Source: Candidatus Levyibacteriota bacterium (GTDB lineage Bacteria > Patescibacteriota > Microgenomatia > Levybacterales > UBA12049). From it: a DNA stretch of 64,000 bases. This document shows positions 39,794 through 52,573 of the stretch, piece after piece. The notes under the pieces were generated by a model. That model was not told the DNA's origin. It saw nothing but the letters and a program-made list of their open reading frames with translations, and searched no databases. The translations under genes and the position numbers were made by a program. The stretch covers positions 189,681-253,680 of the forward strand of contig CAWBPM010000003.1 of NCBI GenBank assembly GCA_963790825.1, read 5' to 3'. Position 1 is the stretch's first letter. Each line of letters starts with the position of its first letter.

Positions 39794-42700
39794 CTATCCA
39801 ATAATTTCCGGAGCGGCTGTATCCGGCACGGTCGCAGTAGCTACCGCTTCCAAGGTCTCGTTTTCCAATCCTCCGTCTACGGGGATAAGCCTACCGATAA
39901 TAACATTTTCTTTAAGGCCTATCAGATGATCTTCTCTCCCTTCAAGCGCCGCTTCTGTTAAGACTTTCGTTGTTTCCTGGAAAGATGCTGCTGAAAGCCA
40001 TGAGTCTGAAAATAATGCTGCTTTCGTAATTCCGAGAATAATTTGCTTGCCGGTTATCGGTTCTCCGCCCTCTGAGAGAATCTCAGAATTAATTTCTTCG
40101 AATCTTGCTTTTGAGATAAAGTCGCCAGGTATTAGCGATGAGTCGCCAACGCTGTCTACCATTAGTTTATCCGACATCTTTCGCAGCATTACTTCAAAAT
40201 GTTTATCATTAATTGCAATACCTTGGGATTCGTATACTTTCTGGGCTTCAGTAATAATGTAATGCTGCGCTAAGGATAATCCTCCTACTTTTAAGATTTC
40301 TTTTGGATCCAGATATCCTTCGGCAAGCGGTGTTCCGGCTTTCACTTCATCGCCATCAGAAACAATAAGAGTGGATGCCAAGGGGATAAAGTATTCCTGC
40401 ATTTCAACCGGTTTAATGCGGGTATTTTTTACTTGTACACGGTATCCGTCATCGCTTGTTTCAATACTGACTTTTCCGGAAATTTCCGAAATCGGCGATA
40501 AACTCTTTGGCGTCCTCATTTCGAAAAGCTCTTCGACACGGGGTAGTCCATGTGTAACGTCCTGCATTACGGCTCCTGCAACATATCGCGTTCTCATGGT
40601 GAGCTGAGTCCCCGGCTCTCCAATACTTTGGGCAGCGACAACACCAACGGGTACGCCAAATTCCACTTTCTTTTTGGTCGAGAAATCCCATCCATAACAA
40701 CTAGCACAAATTCCATAGGAAAGCCTGCAGGTAATTGGAGAGCGAACGATTACTTCCTCTACGTTTTCAGATAGCATTTTTGCTGTGTCTTCCATAATTT
40801 CTTCCCCTGCCCGCTTAATGATCTTTCTGTTTTTACCGAGTGCATCTTCTGCCAGAATGCGTCCGACAATCCTATCAGCAAAAGCTATAGTCCTTAGCGA
40901 GTCGTCTTTTCTTATGGTAATTCCTTCAGTAGAACCACAGTCTGCTGTCATAATGATCACATCATGTGAGACATCGACTAATCGGCGGGTTAAATATCCC
41001 GCATTCGCAGTTTTTAAGGCTGAGTCGGTAAGGCCTTTTCTTGACCCTCGAGCACTGGCAACATATTCAAAAATTGATAATCCTTCGCGGAAATTCGATT
41101 TAATCGGCAATTCTACGATTTTTCCAAGCGGGTCAAGAATAAGTCCCCGCATAGCCGAAAGCTGCTTGAGTTGTTCGCGGCCGGCACGAGCTCCTTCTGA
41201 GTCAATAATCAGCTTAACGACATTGGTAGATTTAAGATTATTCCAGGTCAAATCGGCAACTGACTCAGCCGTTCCTAACCAAACATCATTGGTTAACCGC
41301 TTGCGTTCATAGAGCGTGATAAGTCCTCGTTGATATTCATCTTCTATCGTTGCTACTTTTTCTTCTGCCTTTGCAATCATTTCGTCCTTTTCTTTTATCA
41401 TTTCATTATCAAAAACGGATACACTGATTCCTGACATCGTAGCGCCGTAGAATCCAAGACTTTTAATCCGGTCAATAAGATTCGCAACTTCTTCGGATGA
41501 ATACTCTTTCATTGCCCGGGTAATAAGCCGCTTAATTCCTGAAGCACTCACCGATTGGTTAATAAAACCGAAGTCAACCGGCAAAACTTCATTGAAAAGA
41601 AGTCTTCCAACGGTTGTCTCTATGGTTTCAGTTTTCTTACTCTCGTTTGTACCGGTAACAACACGTGCTCTTATCGGCTCACGCAGTTTAATCTGATTGA
41701 GATCAAATGCCATCGTTGCGCTTTTTATACCAGAAAAATAAATCTGTTCTTCTTCGGGTTTCCTTAATGTTTCATTCATAGAAGTCAAATAGAAAATACC
41801 AATTGCCATTTCTTTGTTCGGAAGAGTAATCGGACTTCCGTCAGCCGGTTTTAAGAGGTTATGACTTGGCAACATAAGCCGAATTGCTTCTTCCTGCGCT
41901 TTGGAAGAAAGCGGAATATGAACAGCCATCTGGTCACCATCGAAATCTGCGTTATAATCCTGCACAGACACAAGGATGCAGCTGAATAGCCGATCCTTCA
42001 ATGAGAACCGGAAAGAATGCCTGAATACCAAGTTTATGAAGTGTGGGTGCACGATTTAAGAGAATTGGATGATTTTTTGTAATTTCTTCAAGAATATCAA
42101 ATACCTCAGGCGGTCTTTTTTCAATATAGCGTTTTGCTGATTTAATATTTGTCGCCAAACCCCGGACAATAACTTCACGCAGCACAAAGGGTTTAAACAT
42201 TTCTAAAGCCATTTCTTTCGGCAAACCACATTGAGTCAATTTCAACTCAGGTCCGACTACGATAACCGAACGGCCTGAATAATCTACTCTTTTTCCGAGT
42301 AAATTCTGGCGGAATCTTCCTTGTTTTCCTCTCAAAAGGTCTGATAAAGATCTGAGAGGTGAAGAAACAACTTGGCTGGAGCGCTGTGTAACATCAATTA
42401 AGGCGTCAACTGATTCTTGAAGCATTCGTTTCTCGTTTCGTAAAATTATTTCCGGAGCGCCAAGTGCCATCAAATGTTTTAACCTATTATTCCTATTAAT
42501 CACACGTCTGTATAAATCATTCAGGTCTGAGGTTGCAAATCTACCGCCCGACAGTTGAACCATTGGTCGAAGATCCGGCGGTATAACAGGCAAAATAGTC
42601 AAAATCATTGCAGCAGGTTTCACACCGGCTTTCCGCATGTTTTCAACCAGACGCAACCGTTTAATAAGTTTAAGATATTTCGGGCCAGTGGTTTTAACGG

Positions 42701-43586
42701 CTTCTGTTCGCAACGTGGCAATAAGGCCAGATAAATCAAGTGGTTCTATAAGCTCAAGAAGTGCTTCTGAGCCGGTTTTAATGGTAAAAAAGATCGGAAT
42801 TTCGTATTCCAAAAGCTTATAATACTCATCCTCCGAGAAAACACTTGATATTTTCAGACTCTTAAGCAAACGAAGCAGCATATCAGCAATCTCATCGAGC
42901 TTTTTTGATTCCGTTTCAAAAGCTTCCTGAAGCTGTACTTTTCGCTGACGCATTGCGAGTCCCATCTCCTCAGCAATAAGCTGTTTCTGAACTTTTTGCG
43001 CGTGATGTTTGGCGTCCTGCTCTTTTTCTTTTGCTTCAACCTCTATTTTTTCCTCTTCATCCTCCATCTTATTTTTAAGTTCCAAACGTCTCTCTTCAAT
43101 CTTTTTCATGAAGATATCAAGTGCTTCTTTTTTCTTCTCCTCATTAATTTCAGTCACCAAATAAGAAGCAAAATAAATGACAGATTCGAGACTTTTTTGC
43201 GGGATATCCAAAAGTAAAGACAGCGGACTCGAAGATCCCTTAAAGAACCAGACGTGAGCTGTCGGAGTCGAAAGTGCGATATGTCCGATTCTTTCCCTTC
43301 GGACACGAGACAGAGTTACTTCTACTCCGCATTTATCGCAAATTATTCCTTTATAGCGAATTCTTTTATATTTTCCGCAGTAACATTCCCAATCTTTTGT
43401 GGGCCCAAAAATACGTTCATCAAAAAGTCCGTCTTTTTCCGGTCGAAGTGTCCGATAATTAATCGTCTCCGGCTTGGTTATTTCACCATATGACCAATTT
43501 AATATATCATCTCTGTTGGCGACTAATATTTTCAAAGATTTAAAATCGACAAATGTCGGATCTTTAACAATCTTTTTATTATTCAT
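39794..43586 (-). CDS. rpoC: RNA polymerase beta' subunit, interrupted by a 1-nt frameshift at ~41956 (ORFs 41952-43586 and 39794-42052)
   Basis: [21 protein letters not shown] and NRAPTLH in frame 1; [24 protein letters not shown] and GLKENVIIG in frame 2. Confidence 0.97.
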
Positions 43587-46500
43587 TCGATATGCCTCCT
43601 TCTACCACTGATTCTGCCACAGCTTTTGACCCTTCGCTTTCTGAAACTTCCATACCACTTGTCTTACTATCGACAACTGCTTCATTGGCATCTAGAGCTT
43701 TCTCCAGTTCTACTACTTCTTCTTTTACTGCTTCAGATGCTACTTCATCTTTTGTTTCCGAAGCTTCGTTATATAGCGTTGCGCCCATCGGAATAACGTT
43801 CAGTCCCAGCGACTGCAATTCTTTAATAAGAACCTTAAATGATTCAGGTACTTTCGGCGTCGGGATATCCGTACCTTTTACGATTGCTTCAAAGGCCTTA
43901 GCCCGTCCTACTACATCATCAGCTTTAATTGTTAACATTTCCTGAAGAACATGGCGCGCACGATGTGCTTCCAGAGCCCAAACTTCCATTTCTCCAAGTC
44001 TTTGTCCTCCCATTTGCGCTTTTCCGCCAAGCGGCTGCTGAGTAACTAAAGAATACGGTCCTGTAGAGCGGGCATGGGTCTTGTCTTCCACCATGTGGAT
44101 TAATTTCATCATATACTCAATACCGACAACGACCGGGTTCTCATATGCTTTTCCCGTCCGCCCATCGTATAATGTTACTTTTCCATCAACCGATAAACCG
44201 GCTTGCTTAAGTAAGTTTATGACGTTTGTTTCCGGAATATCTTCAAATACCGGTACGCCGACCTTCATATGCAACTTTTGTGCTGCAAAACCCACATGTG
44301 CCTCAAGTAGTTGTCCGAGATTCATACGTGCCAAAATACTCGAGGGAGAAATAATAATATCAACCGGTGTTCCGTCGTTTAAATAAGGCATGTCTGCTGC
44401 AGGAAGAATTCGAGAAATAATCCCTTTGTTTCCGTGTCTTCCGGCAAGTTTATCGCCGACCACAACATGGCGGTATTGCGCAACTTCAACCAAAATCTTC
44501 CGTAATGTTCCAGGCTCCAGTTCATCGCCTTTTTTCCGGTCAAGGATTTGTACCGAGACCACGGTTCCCCGCTCTCCATGAGGCATACGAAGACTGGTAT
44601 CGCGCACCTCTCGAGCTTGCTCGCCGAAAATTGCCCGAAGCAACCTTTCCTCGGCAGTGAGTTCTGTCTCACCTTTCGGTGCGATCTTTCCAACCAGTAT
44701 GTCTCCGGGTGTTACTTCTGATCCGGCAACGACAATTCCTTCTTCATCTAAACTTGCCAGATCTTCTTCTGAAACATTTGGAATATCCCGTGTAGTTTCC
44801 TCAGGGCCAAGTTTGGTCTCGACAACCGCTGCTTCATATCTTTCAACATGAATTGAGGAAAGAATGTCTTCTTTTACCAACCGGTCTGAAATTACAAGTG
44901 CATCCTCATAGCCTAAGCCGTCAAGAGACATGTAAGCGATCATTAAATTCTGACCCAATGCAAGTTCTCCGTTTTCTGATGCCGGACCATCAATAATAAC
45001 GTCGCCTTTTTTCACTTTTTGTCCGCTAAAAACACAAGCATTTTGCGTATAAGAAGTTGCCTGCGATGTACGCCGGAATGCTTCGATACTAAAGTTGGCT
45101 TTTTCTCCCTTTGTACTTTTCAGGTTGATTTTATCCGCATCGGCATAAAGTACCTGTCCATCAAAGGGCGCTTTTATTACTCTGCCCATAACTTCTGAGA
45201 TTTCTGCTTCCATACCGGTACCAACCATAGGACTTTCCGGTTTCACTAAAGGCACCGCCTGACACTGCATATGTGTTCCCATAAGCGCACGATTCGCCTC
45301 ATCATGTGAGACAAATGGAATAAGTGAGGCCGAAGAGCCGACTACTTGCCGAGGAGTTATATCAATATAGTCGATTTTTTCCCGATCAACTTCTATAAAT
45401 TCACCGTTAAAGCGTGCCGGCACGCGGGAATCAAGGATTTCCCCTGTATCTGAAATATTAATACTGGCATGTGTAACATGTTTTTCCCGCTCGTCATCTG
45501 CTGCCAAATACTCGATTTCACTAGAGACGAGAACTTTTGTTTTTTTCCCTCTTCCTTCCTTGATTACTTTTCTATATGGTGTTTCTAAAAAACCATATTT
45601 ATTTACCCGAGAATAAAGTGCCATATAGGTAACAAGACCGATATTTGGTCCTTCAGGACTTCTGATTGGATCAATACGTCCGTATTGCGAACTATTGATA
45701 TCACGAATCGAGAAGGCTGCACGCTCTCTGGAGATACCACCGGTTCCCATAACAGTCAGCCGGTTTAGATTATCAATTTCAGAAAGCGGATTCGTTTGAT
45801 CGAGAATGGTTGAGAGTTGAGAAGTACGGAAAAATTCATTAATTGATGCCATAATCGGCCTGGCATTAATAAGATTGACTACCGAAACAGGTCCTTCTGC
45901 CTGGAGAAGACTCATGCGTTCTTTGACAGACCGCTCAACTCTCAGTGCCCCGACACGGAAAGCATTGGCTGCGACGAGCTCTCCGACACTGCGAACACGC
46001 CTATTTGCAAGACTATCAATATCGTCGACAGTTCCTTTTCCAAGCTGTAGTAATACGAGATATTTTATAGTAGCGACAACATCCTCTACGGTTAGTACGT
46101 TTTCGCTGCTTGCTTGAAATCCAGGGACTGAATGTAGTTTTTTATTAATTTTATACCTACCCACGAGCCCCAAGTCATATCTCCTATTATTAAAAAACAT
46201 GGTGAGGAAGTTCTCACGAACTTTATCATAAACGATCGGTTCTCCCGGATGCATTCTCTTAAAGATTTCTATAATTGCTTCTGTTTCACTGACGGTTTCA
46301 TCTTTTGTCAGTGTTGCTTCAATCAGCGATTCATTTTCATTAATCTCGACATCCTGGAACCGTTCACGAATAGTATCATTCCCGGAAATACCAATCGCCC
46401 GAAGGAATGTTGTTGCCATAAATTTCCTTCGCCTGTCAATCTTTACCGTAATAGTTCCATATCTTGTTGTACTGAATTCAAGCCAAGATCCATGTACCGG

Positions 46501-46998
46501 CCGAATTTCGGCAGAGTAAAGCGTTTTACCTGTAGTCGGTTCCAAAGTAGCGGTAAAAAATACACCGGGAGACCTGACGAGCTGGTTAACAACTGCCCGC
46601 TCAATACCGTTGACGATAAACGTACCACGTATTGTCATTTGGGGAATATCACCTAAGAATACTTCTGCTTCGTGTGTTTTATTGGTTTTTTTATTAAGCA
46701 GTGTGACACGAACATAGAGGGGAGCATCAAAAGTAAGACCCTTAGACAGCGCAAGCTCCGGTGTATTACTTGCTTCGCCAAGTCGATATTCATGGAGTGT
46801 CAAACTCCAATTTTTTCCCGTAAAGTCATCGATGGGAGAAATTTCCTGAAGAATTTGGCCGATAGCAATATCTTGAAACCACTTATAGGATTCTTTTTGT
46901 ACGGCAAGAAGATCAATTTGCGGCAAGTGAGTATACTTTTTTCCCCAAATCTGTCGAATATTATCCTTATGGTCTTTCGCTCGTGATTTATTTGGCAT
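43579..46998 (-). CDS. rpoB: RNA polymerase beta subunit
   Basis: [36 protein letters not shown]. Confidence 0.99.
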   Translation of the reverse strand: MPNKSRAKDHKDNIRQIWGKKYTHLPQIDLLAVQKESYKWFQDIAIGQILQEISPIDDFTGKNWSLTLHEYRLGEASNTPELALSKGLTFDAPLYVRVTLLNKKTNKTHEAEVFLGDIPQMTIRGTFIVNGIERAVVNQLVRSPGVFFTATLEPTTGKTLYSAEIRPVHGSWLEFSTTRYGTITVKIDRRRKFMATTFLRAIGISGNDTIRERFQDVEINENESLIEATLTKDETVSETEAIIEIFKRMHPGEPIVYDKVRENFLTMFFNNRRYDLGLVGRYKINKKLHSVPGFQASSENVLTVEDVVATIKYLVLLQLGKGTVDDIDSLANRRVRSVGELVAANAFRVGALRVERSVKERMSLLQAEGPVSVVNLINARPIMASINEFFRTSQLSTILDQTNPLSEIDNLNRLTVMGTGGISRERAAFSIRDINSSQYGRIDPIRSPEGPNIGLVTYMALYSRVNKYGFLETPYRKVIKEGRGKKTKVLVSSEIEYLAADDEREKHVTHASINISDTGEILDSRVPARFNGEFIEVDREKIDYIDITPRQVVGSSASLIPFVSHDEANRALMGTHMQCQAVPLVKPESPMVGTGMEAEISEVMGRVIKAPFDGQVLYADADKINLKSTKGEKANFSIEAFRRTSQATSYTQNACVFSGQKVKKGDVIIDGPASENGELALGQNLMIAYMSLDGLGYEDALVISDRLVKEDILSSIHVERYEAAVVETKLGPEETTRDIPNVSEEDLASLDEEGIVVAGSEVTPGDILVGKIAPKGETELTAEERLLRAIFGEQAREVRDTSLRMPHGERGTVVSVQILDRKKGDELEPGTLRKILVEVAQYRHVVVGDKLAGRHGNKGIISRILPAADMPYLNDGTPVDIIISPSSILARMNLGQLLEAHVGFAAQKLHMKVGVPVFEDIPETNVINLLKQAGLSVDGKVTLYDGRTGKAYENPVVVGIEYMMKLIHMVEDKTHARSTGPYSLVTQQPLGGKAQMGGQRLGEMEVWALEAHRARHVLQEMLTIKADDVVGRAKAFEAIVKGTDIPTPKVPESFKVLIKELQSLGLNVIPMGATLYNEASETKDEVASEAVKEEVVELEKALDANEAVVDSKTSGMEVSESEGSKAVAESVVEGGISNE

Positions 46999-47189
46999 TT
47001 GTAAGTATTAGGCAGGAACTCTTTAGGTACACAAAAAACACAGGGACAACGTCCTTGTATTTAATTTGACAATTGAGCTAATACTATGTATAGCATATGC
47101 GCCAAAAACTGTCAAGCCCCAAGTTGGAAGATTTCTTGTGATATTTTAGACAACACAAGATACCTTATTTTATTAAATAAACGGCCTAT

Positions 47190-48271
47190 TGAATAAGTCA
47201 CGATACATATTGGAATCTTAAGGAAGAAGATTCTATGCCAAGTGATTTTAAACGAGTAAGACATTTACGACCAAAATACTCACAAAAGAGCTATCATATA
47301 CTGATGAAAATGCTCCAGAATTCATTAGCAGTTGAAGTATCCGATGTAGCTGCTTTTCGCCTTCACGTGATTAATCACTACTACAAGTATGGACTGCGTC
47401 CAACCCTTGCTGCATTCAAAATAAAGAAGAGCAGCTTATACAACTGGAGAAATGCTTATGAACACAACGGAAAAAGGACAATCAGTTTAGTGCCACACGG
47501 AACTAGACCTCTCCATGTGCGAAAGATGGAGACAGACTGGAGAATAATTGAGTTCATTAGAGAGATGAGGCATGAGCATGGGAATATTGGTAAAAGTATG
47601 CTCAAGCCCTTTGTTGATGCGTATGCCAAAGAGCTGGGTATTAAGACCTTGGCAGAAAGTACTATTGGGAAAGTACTTAAAAGACGTCACTTAACATTTG
47701 AGAAGAAAGTCTACCCACAGAAACAAAAAAACAAGTTCAAAAAGCTAAGAGTGAGAAAGTCTCCTAAGGTAGTTTCTCCTGGATTTATTGAGATGGATTC
47801 AGTAGTTGTCTATATCAATTTTGAGAAACATTTGTTTATGTGTGTGATTGATATTTACACAAAATTTGCCTTAGTTGTATATGTACCGGATCTCTCCTCA
47901 GTAACAGCAAGAGAGGTTTTTAAGCAGTTCCAGTGCAATAATCCAACACCGATTCATACAATCCAAACAGATAATGGATCAGAGTTTCTCAAATCATTCC
48001 ATGAGTATATAGTTGAACAGAAAATTAAACATCAATTTATCTATCCCAGAATGCCAAAGATTAATAGTTACATTGAGAGATTCAATCGGACAATCCAGGA
48101 GGAATTCATTTTAAGAAATGACGAGATTTACTATGACTCAGAAGCATTTGCAAAAAAGCTCACAAAGTATTTATACTGGTATAACTATAAGAGGCCACAT
48201 GCTTCGCTTAAATACATGTCGCCTATGTCCTTTATACAAGCCAAGATTCCAATAAGTGCGTGACGCATACA
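47190..48271 (+). mobile_element. IS481-like insertion sequence, copy 2 (1082 bp)
   Basis: Same ends and identical protein as copy 1; TSD CCTAT at 47185-47189 and 48272-48276. Confidence 0.9.
47235..48263 (+). CDS. DDE transposase (rve integrase core)
   Basis: Protein identical to 25975-27003. Confidence 0.95.
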   Translation: MPSDFKRVRHLRPKYSQKSYHILMKMLQNSLAVEVSDVAAFRLHVINHYYKYGLRPTLAAFKIKKSSLYNWRNAYEHNGKRTISLVPHGTRPLHVRKMETDWRIIEFIREMRHEHGNIGKSMLKPFVDAYAKELGIKTLAESTIGKVLKRRHLTFEKKVYPQKQKNKFKKLRVRKSPKVVSPGFIEMDSVVVYINFEKHLFMCVIDIYTKFALVVYVPDLSSVTAREVFKQFQCNNPTPIHTIQTDNGSEFLKSFHEYIVEQKIKHQFIYPRMPKINSYIERFNRTIQEEFILRNDEIYYDSEAFAKKLTKYLYWYNYKRPHASLKYMSPMSFIQAKIPISA

Positions 48272-48310
48272 CCTATGCGTCTTATTTTCCATTCGTGCTA
48301 TAATTACCTC

Positions 48311-50161
48311 ATGTTATTAACAGCCTCGGAAATTATTCAACGGTATATTACTTTTTTTGTTAATCGGGGACACAAAAGGATTCCCAATTCTCCCCTGGTT
48401 CCCGAAAATGATCCGACAACACTTTTTACCAGTTCCGGCATGCAGCCACTTATTCCGTATTTAATGGGACAAGAACATCCAGAAGGAACGCGTCTAGTGA
48501 ATGTACAAAATTGTTTTCGGGCAGTAGACATAGATGAGATTGGAAATAGCCGACATACAACTTTTTTTCGAATGCTAGGTAATTGGTCACTCGGCGATTA
48601 TTTTAAAAAAGAAGAAATCCCTTGGCTCTACGAATTTTTAACCAATCCAACTACCGGACTCTGCATAGACCCAGCTAAATTACATTTTACGGTCTTTAAA
48701 GGATTTGAAGATATTCCCCAGGATAACGACGCGTATCAAATCTGGGAGGAAGTATTACAAAAAGCCAATGTTAAAGACTATAAAGATCATTTGTCTTGGT
48801 ATGGAGCAGAAAAGAATTGGTGGTCACGCTCCGGAACACCGGATAAAATGCCTGCAGGTGAAATTGGCGGACCAGACACAGAAGTTTTTTATGACTTTGG
48901 TGCAAACCTTAAATTGCATGAGAAATCAAAATTCAAGGGTGAGCCATGTCATCCAAATTGTGACTGCGGAAGATACTGGGAAATTGCAAATAGCGTGTTC
49001 ATGCAGTATAAAAAGAATGTTGAAGGGAAGTTTGAACATTTACCTAAACAAAATGTTGATTTCGGCGGTGGATTAGAGCGACTTCTCGGCGCTGCTGAAA
49101 ACCAAACTGATATTTTTCAAACTTCCCTCTTCAAACCAACAATTACGACAATTGAGAAACAGACAAAGCAAATTTATACGGATCATAAACCAGCTATGCA
49201 AATCATTGCTGATCATTTAGGAGCAGCTATTTTTATAGCCAACGCCGGAGTCACTCCATCAAAAACTGATCAGGGATATATTCTACGAAGACTCATCAGA
49301 CGGGCACTGGATAATTTCTATCAATTAAAAGGACAAAAGATTGATATCGTACTTGAGACAATTGTCAACCAATATAAGGCAACTGATCCAGATCTTGAGC
49401 AAAATTTTGAAAAAATTAAATATGTCATTTTGGAAGAGGAACAGAAATATCATGCAACACGTAAACAAGCTCTTACTTTCATTGAGAAAAAATATAATCA
49501 ATCTCGGCATGACGGAGATGTTAAAGAGATATCAGCCGAAGACGCTTTCAATTTATATACAACACATGGACTTTCACCCACACAAATTGAAAGTTTAGGT
49601 TATTATTTCGACAGCAAATTATTTTTAGAGAAAATGGAGGAACATCAAAATCTCTCTCGCAAAGGTGCGGAGAAGAAATTTAAAGGCGGGTTGGCGGATC
49701 ATGAAGAACGAACAATCATGGGACATACCGCAACACACTTACTTCACCAAGCACTCCGAAACATTTTAGGAAATCAGATTCATCAAACCGGCTCAAATAT
49801 TACGACGGAACGGGTGCGATTTGATTTTAATTATGATAAACGGTTAACAGATGAGGAAATAAAAAAAGTGGAAGATTTGGTTAATAAAAAAATTAAAGAA
49901 AATTTACCGGTTCATTTTGAACTTATTTCAACTCAGGAGGCGCATAAAATAGGCGCTATCGGTCTTTTTATGGATACGTATGGGGAGAAATCAAAAATCT
50001 ATTTTATCGGAGACACGAGTAAATCATATCGTGATGCTTTTTCGATCGAGTTTTGCGGAGGTCCGCATGTGGATTTTACAGGAAAGCTTAAATCCTTTAC
50101 AATAATAAAGCAAGAGAACCTAGGGAAAAATCAAAAACGGATATATGCTCTCGTGGGATAA
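48311..50161 (+). CDS. alaS: Alanyl-tRNA synthetase, short form lacking C-Ala
   Basis: DPTTLFTSSGMQP, RHTTFFRMLGNWS, VDFGGGLER; editing motifs HTATHLL and EFCGGPH; ATG 48311. Confidence 0.95.
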   Translation: MLLTASEIIQRYITFFVNRGHKRIPNSPLVPENDPTTLFTSSGMQPLIPYLMGQEHPEGTRLVNVQNCFRAVDIDEIGNSRHTTFFRMLGNWSLGDYFKKEEIPWLYEFLTNPTTGLCIDPAKLHFTVFKGFEDIPQDNDAYQIWEEVLQKANVKDYKDHLSWYGAEKNWWSRSGTPDKMPAGEIGGPDTEVFYDFGANLKLHEKSKFKGEPCHPNCDCGRYWEIANSVFMQYKKNVEGKFEHLPKQNVDFGGGLERLLGAAENQTDIFQTSLFKPTITTIEKQTKQIYTDHKPAMQIIADHLGAAIFIANAGVTPSKTDQGYILRRLIRRALDNFYQLKGQKIDIVLETIVNQYKATDPDLEQNFEKIKYVILEEEQKYHATRKQALTFIEKKYNQSRHDGDVKEISAEDAFNLYTTHGLSPTQIESLGYYFDSKLFLEKMEEHQNLSRKGAEKKFKGGLADHEERTIMGHTATHLLHQALRNILGNQIHQTGSNITTERVRFDFNYDKRLTDEEIKKVEDLVNKKIKENLPVHFELISTQEAHKIGAIGLFMDTYGEKSKIYFIGDTSKSYRDAFSIEFCGGPHVDFTGKLKSFTIIKQENLGKNQKRIYALVG

Positions 50162-50203
50162 TTGTAATATAATAGCCATAGTAACAACCCAAACTAAATT
50201 CGT

Positions 50204-52573
50204 ATGAAACTGTCCATTCCAATCTTAGGCGGAAAAAAAGAGAAAACCGAGTATTTTCTCGCTCTCCTTCTTCGGGACACAAAAGCAAGTGCGGTAATTC
50301 TGGAAGAAACAGGAAAAAAGCTTAAAATTATCAGTTCTCATGAAGAGTATTTCACAACTTCTATTGAAGATGCGCCGTTTGAGGAGTGGCTTCAGGTCCT
50401 TGATAAAACTATCAGTCAAGCTGAAGAAACGCTTCCTCCGACTATTGAAAGTCATAAGACAGTCTTCGGTGTAAAAGACAGTTGGATAGAAGAGAAAAAA
50501 ATTAAAAAAGACTACCTTGTTAAACTTAAAAAAGTTTGTGAAAGTCTGGATCTTTCACCGATTGGTTTTCTCATAATCAGTGAAGCGATCGCCCATCTCA
50601 TTCAAGATGAAGAAGGTGCTCCTTTAACCGCAATTCTGGCTGAAGTTACCAAGTCTCAAGTAACCATCTCGCTTTTTAGAGCCGGAAAATTGACAGAAAC
50701 CAAACATAAAGCAATTACAACATCCCCCGCAGAAATAACTGATAATTTGCTGAGAGAGTTTGAAACCGTTGAGGTTTTACCGTCACGGATTATTTTGTTT
50801 GACGGCAGCCTTACCGAGGATTTGGCACAGCAATTTATCATTCATAAATGGAGTAAAAGCCTACCGTTTTTGCATATGCCGCAGATTTCTATACTCCCCC
50901 AAGGTTTTGATGCTAAGGGGGTCGTTTTCGGTGCTGCCACACAAATGGGGTTTGAGGTGCTAAATACGGGAGAAAAATCAGTAATTAAAACTTTCGCGTC
51001 TACAGTTGAAGAGGAACAAAAAGAAGACGCTGAAGAAGAGCCTTTCATTTCCTCTGAAGTGAAACCTATGGGCGGACATGTGGTTATTCCGGCAGAACCG
51101 GAGGACGAAAAACAAGATACGGAGAAAGAAGCTTCAGAAAAAATTGGGCAAACAGCCACTTGGGAGTTTGGCTTTATGACAGACCAGGATGTCGCAGATT
51201 TACCGCGCCCAGAATCTCACCCCCCAGGTGAAGACCATGAATCTGAAGGGACAAGCGAAACACACATCCCATTCTCAGGGGAGAGAGAGCATACTCTCGC
51301 CTATCAGATGCGAGGTAAATCAGAAAACTCTCTGGAAATGCCGGAAAAATCCGCGACAAGACAATTTCCAAAGTTTCATCTGTCAGGTCTAAAACTTCCT
51401 TCTCTTACATTTCCACCGCTACCGTTTCTTACGGGGCGTAATAAATCTTTTATTCTTCTTCCACTCGTCTTACTGCTTCTTATCGGGATTATTGTCTTGT
51501 ATGTTTTTATGCTTCATGCAACGGTTGTTCTGCATCTTAATCCAAAACAGTTCTCAGATACAGAGACAATCAGTTTCTCCATTGATGGAAATAATGATTT
51601 TTCCAGTAATATTATCGCTGCGCAAAAAATATCTACGACGCTTAAAGGCAGTGTATCCACTGATACTACCGGCAAAAAAAATATTGGCGATAAAGCAACG
51701 GGTACAATCACTATCTTTAACAGTTCTGATAATTCCCAGCAGTTAAATGCAGGTACTACGATTACCTCCCAAAACGGACTTAATTTTACGACGGATAAAG
51801 ACGTAACTGTTGCTTCGGCTTCGGGCGATATTTTTTCAGGCATTGAGTCAGGAACAACTGATGTTCCGGTTACCGCAAGTACATTTGGAACAGAATATAA
51901 TCTCCCCTCAGGTACTACATTTTCTCTCGGCGGTAGTTCCACACTTGCCGGTAAAAACAGTAACGCATTTTCAGGTGGAACAAAAAAGACTATCGTTATC
52001 GTAACGAAAGCTGACGAGAATCAATTACTCGCTCAATTACCCAAAAGCCTGGAACAACAAGCGAAAGATGCGTTGTCGAAAAAAATCAGTAGTGATCAGA
52101 CAATTTTACCTTTTATTCTTAGCGAATCTTTCAATAATAAAACATTTGATAAAAATATCGGAGATCAATCCTCCACGGTGACGTTAAATGGCTCTGTCTC
52201 CTTTTCGGAAGCGGTATATAAAAATAGTGATATCCATGATTTCGCGACAACATTGATGAAAAACAAAAGCAATAGTAACTTACAGCTCGATGAAAAAGGT
52301 ATTCAAACATCAGTCGCTAATCTCAAGCAGAAGAATGATACGACAATTAACGCTCCGCTTTCCCTGAAAGCCGGATTGCTGCCGCAAATCGACCAGGCTA
52401 AAATTATTCAGGAGATCACCGGTAGCTCAGTTAGGGACGCAACCACCAGGCTTTCAAAACTGCCGCAAGTTGAAAGTGTCGATATAAACTTATCGCCGAA
52501 TATTCCGTTCTTACCGAAGTTTCTACCCAGAATAATGAATCATATTACACTGACAGTTGACAGCAATGGTTAA
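50204..52573 (+). CDS. Bitopic membrane protein with possible FtsA/PilM-like N-terminus and baseplate J-like C-terminus
   Basis: Cytoplasmic alpha/beta domain, acidic linker, single TM, then KATGTITIFN..LNAGT..GTEYNL..FSGG. Confidence 0.55.
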   Translation: MKLSIPILGGKKEKTEYFLALLLRDTKASAVILEETGKKLKIISSHEEYFTTSIEDAPFEEWLQVLDKTISQAEETLPPTIESHKTVFGVKDSWIEEKKIKKDYLVKLKKVCESLDLSPIGFLIISEAIAHLIQDEEGAPLTAILAEVTKSQVTISLFRAGKLTETKHKAITTSPAEITDNLLREFETVEVLPSRIILFDGSLTEDLAQQFIIHKWSKSLPFLHMPQISILPQGFDAKGVVFGAATQMGFEVLNTGEKSVIKTFASTVEEEQKEDAEEEPFISSEVKPMGGHVVIPAEPEDEKQDTEKEASEKIGQTATWEFGFMTDQDVADLPRPESHPPGEDHESEGTSETHIPFSGEREHTLAYQMRGKSENSLEMPEKSATRQFPKFHLSGLKLPSLTFPPLPFLTGRNKSFILLPLVLLLLIGIIVLYVFMLHATVVLHLNPKQFSDTETISFSIDGNNDFSSNIIAAQKISTTLKGSVSTDTTGKKNIGDKATGTITIFNSSDNSQQLNAGTTITSQNGLNFTTDKDVTVASASGDIFSGIESGTTDVPVTASTFGTEYNLPSGTTFSLGGSSTLAGKNSNAFSGGTKKTIVIVTKADENQLLAQLPKSLEQQAKDALSKKISSDQTILPFILSESFNNKTFDKNIGDQSSTVTLNGSVSFSEAVYKNSDIHDFATTLMKNKSNSNLQLDEKGIQTSVANLKQKNDTTINAPLSLKAGLLPQIDQAKIIQEITGSSVRDATTRLSKLPQVESVDINLSPNIPFLPKFLPRIMNHITLTVDSNG

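Noticed and set aside
41940-41970. Intron or natural rpoC1/rpoC2 split
   Set aside because: The halves join after removing a single base, so there is no intervening sequence, and the position differs from known splits.
48311-50161. alaS as a truncated pseudogene
   Set aside because: Catalytic and editing motifs are intact, and short AlaRS lacking C-Ala is known in reduced genomes.
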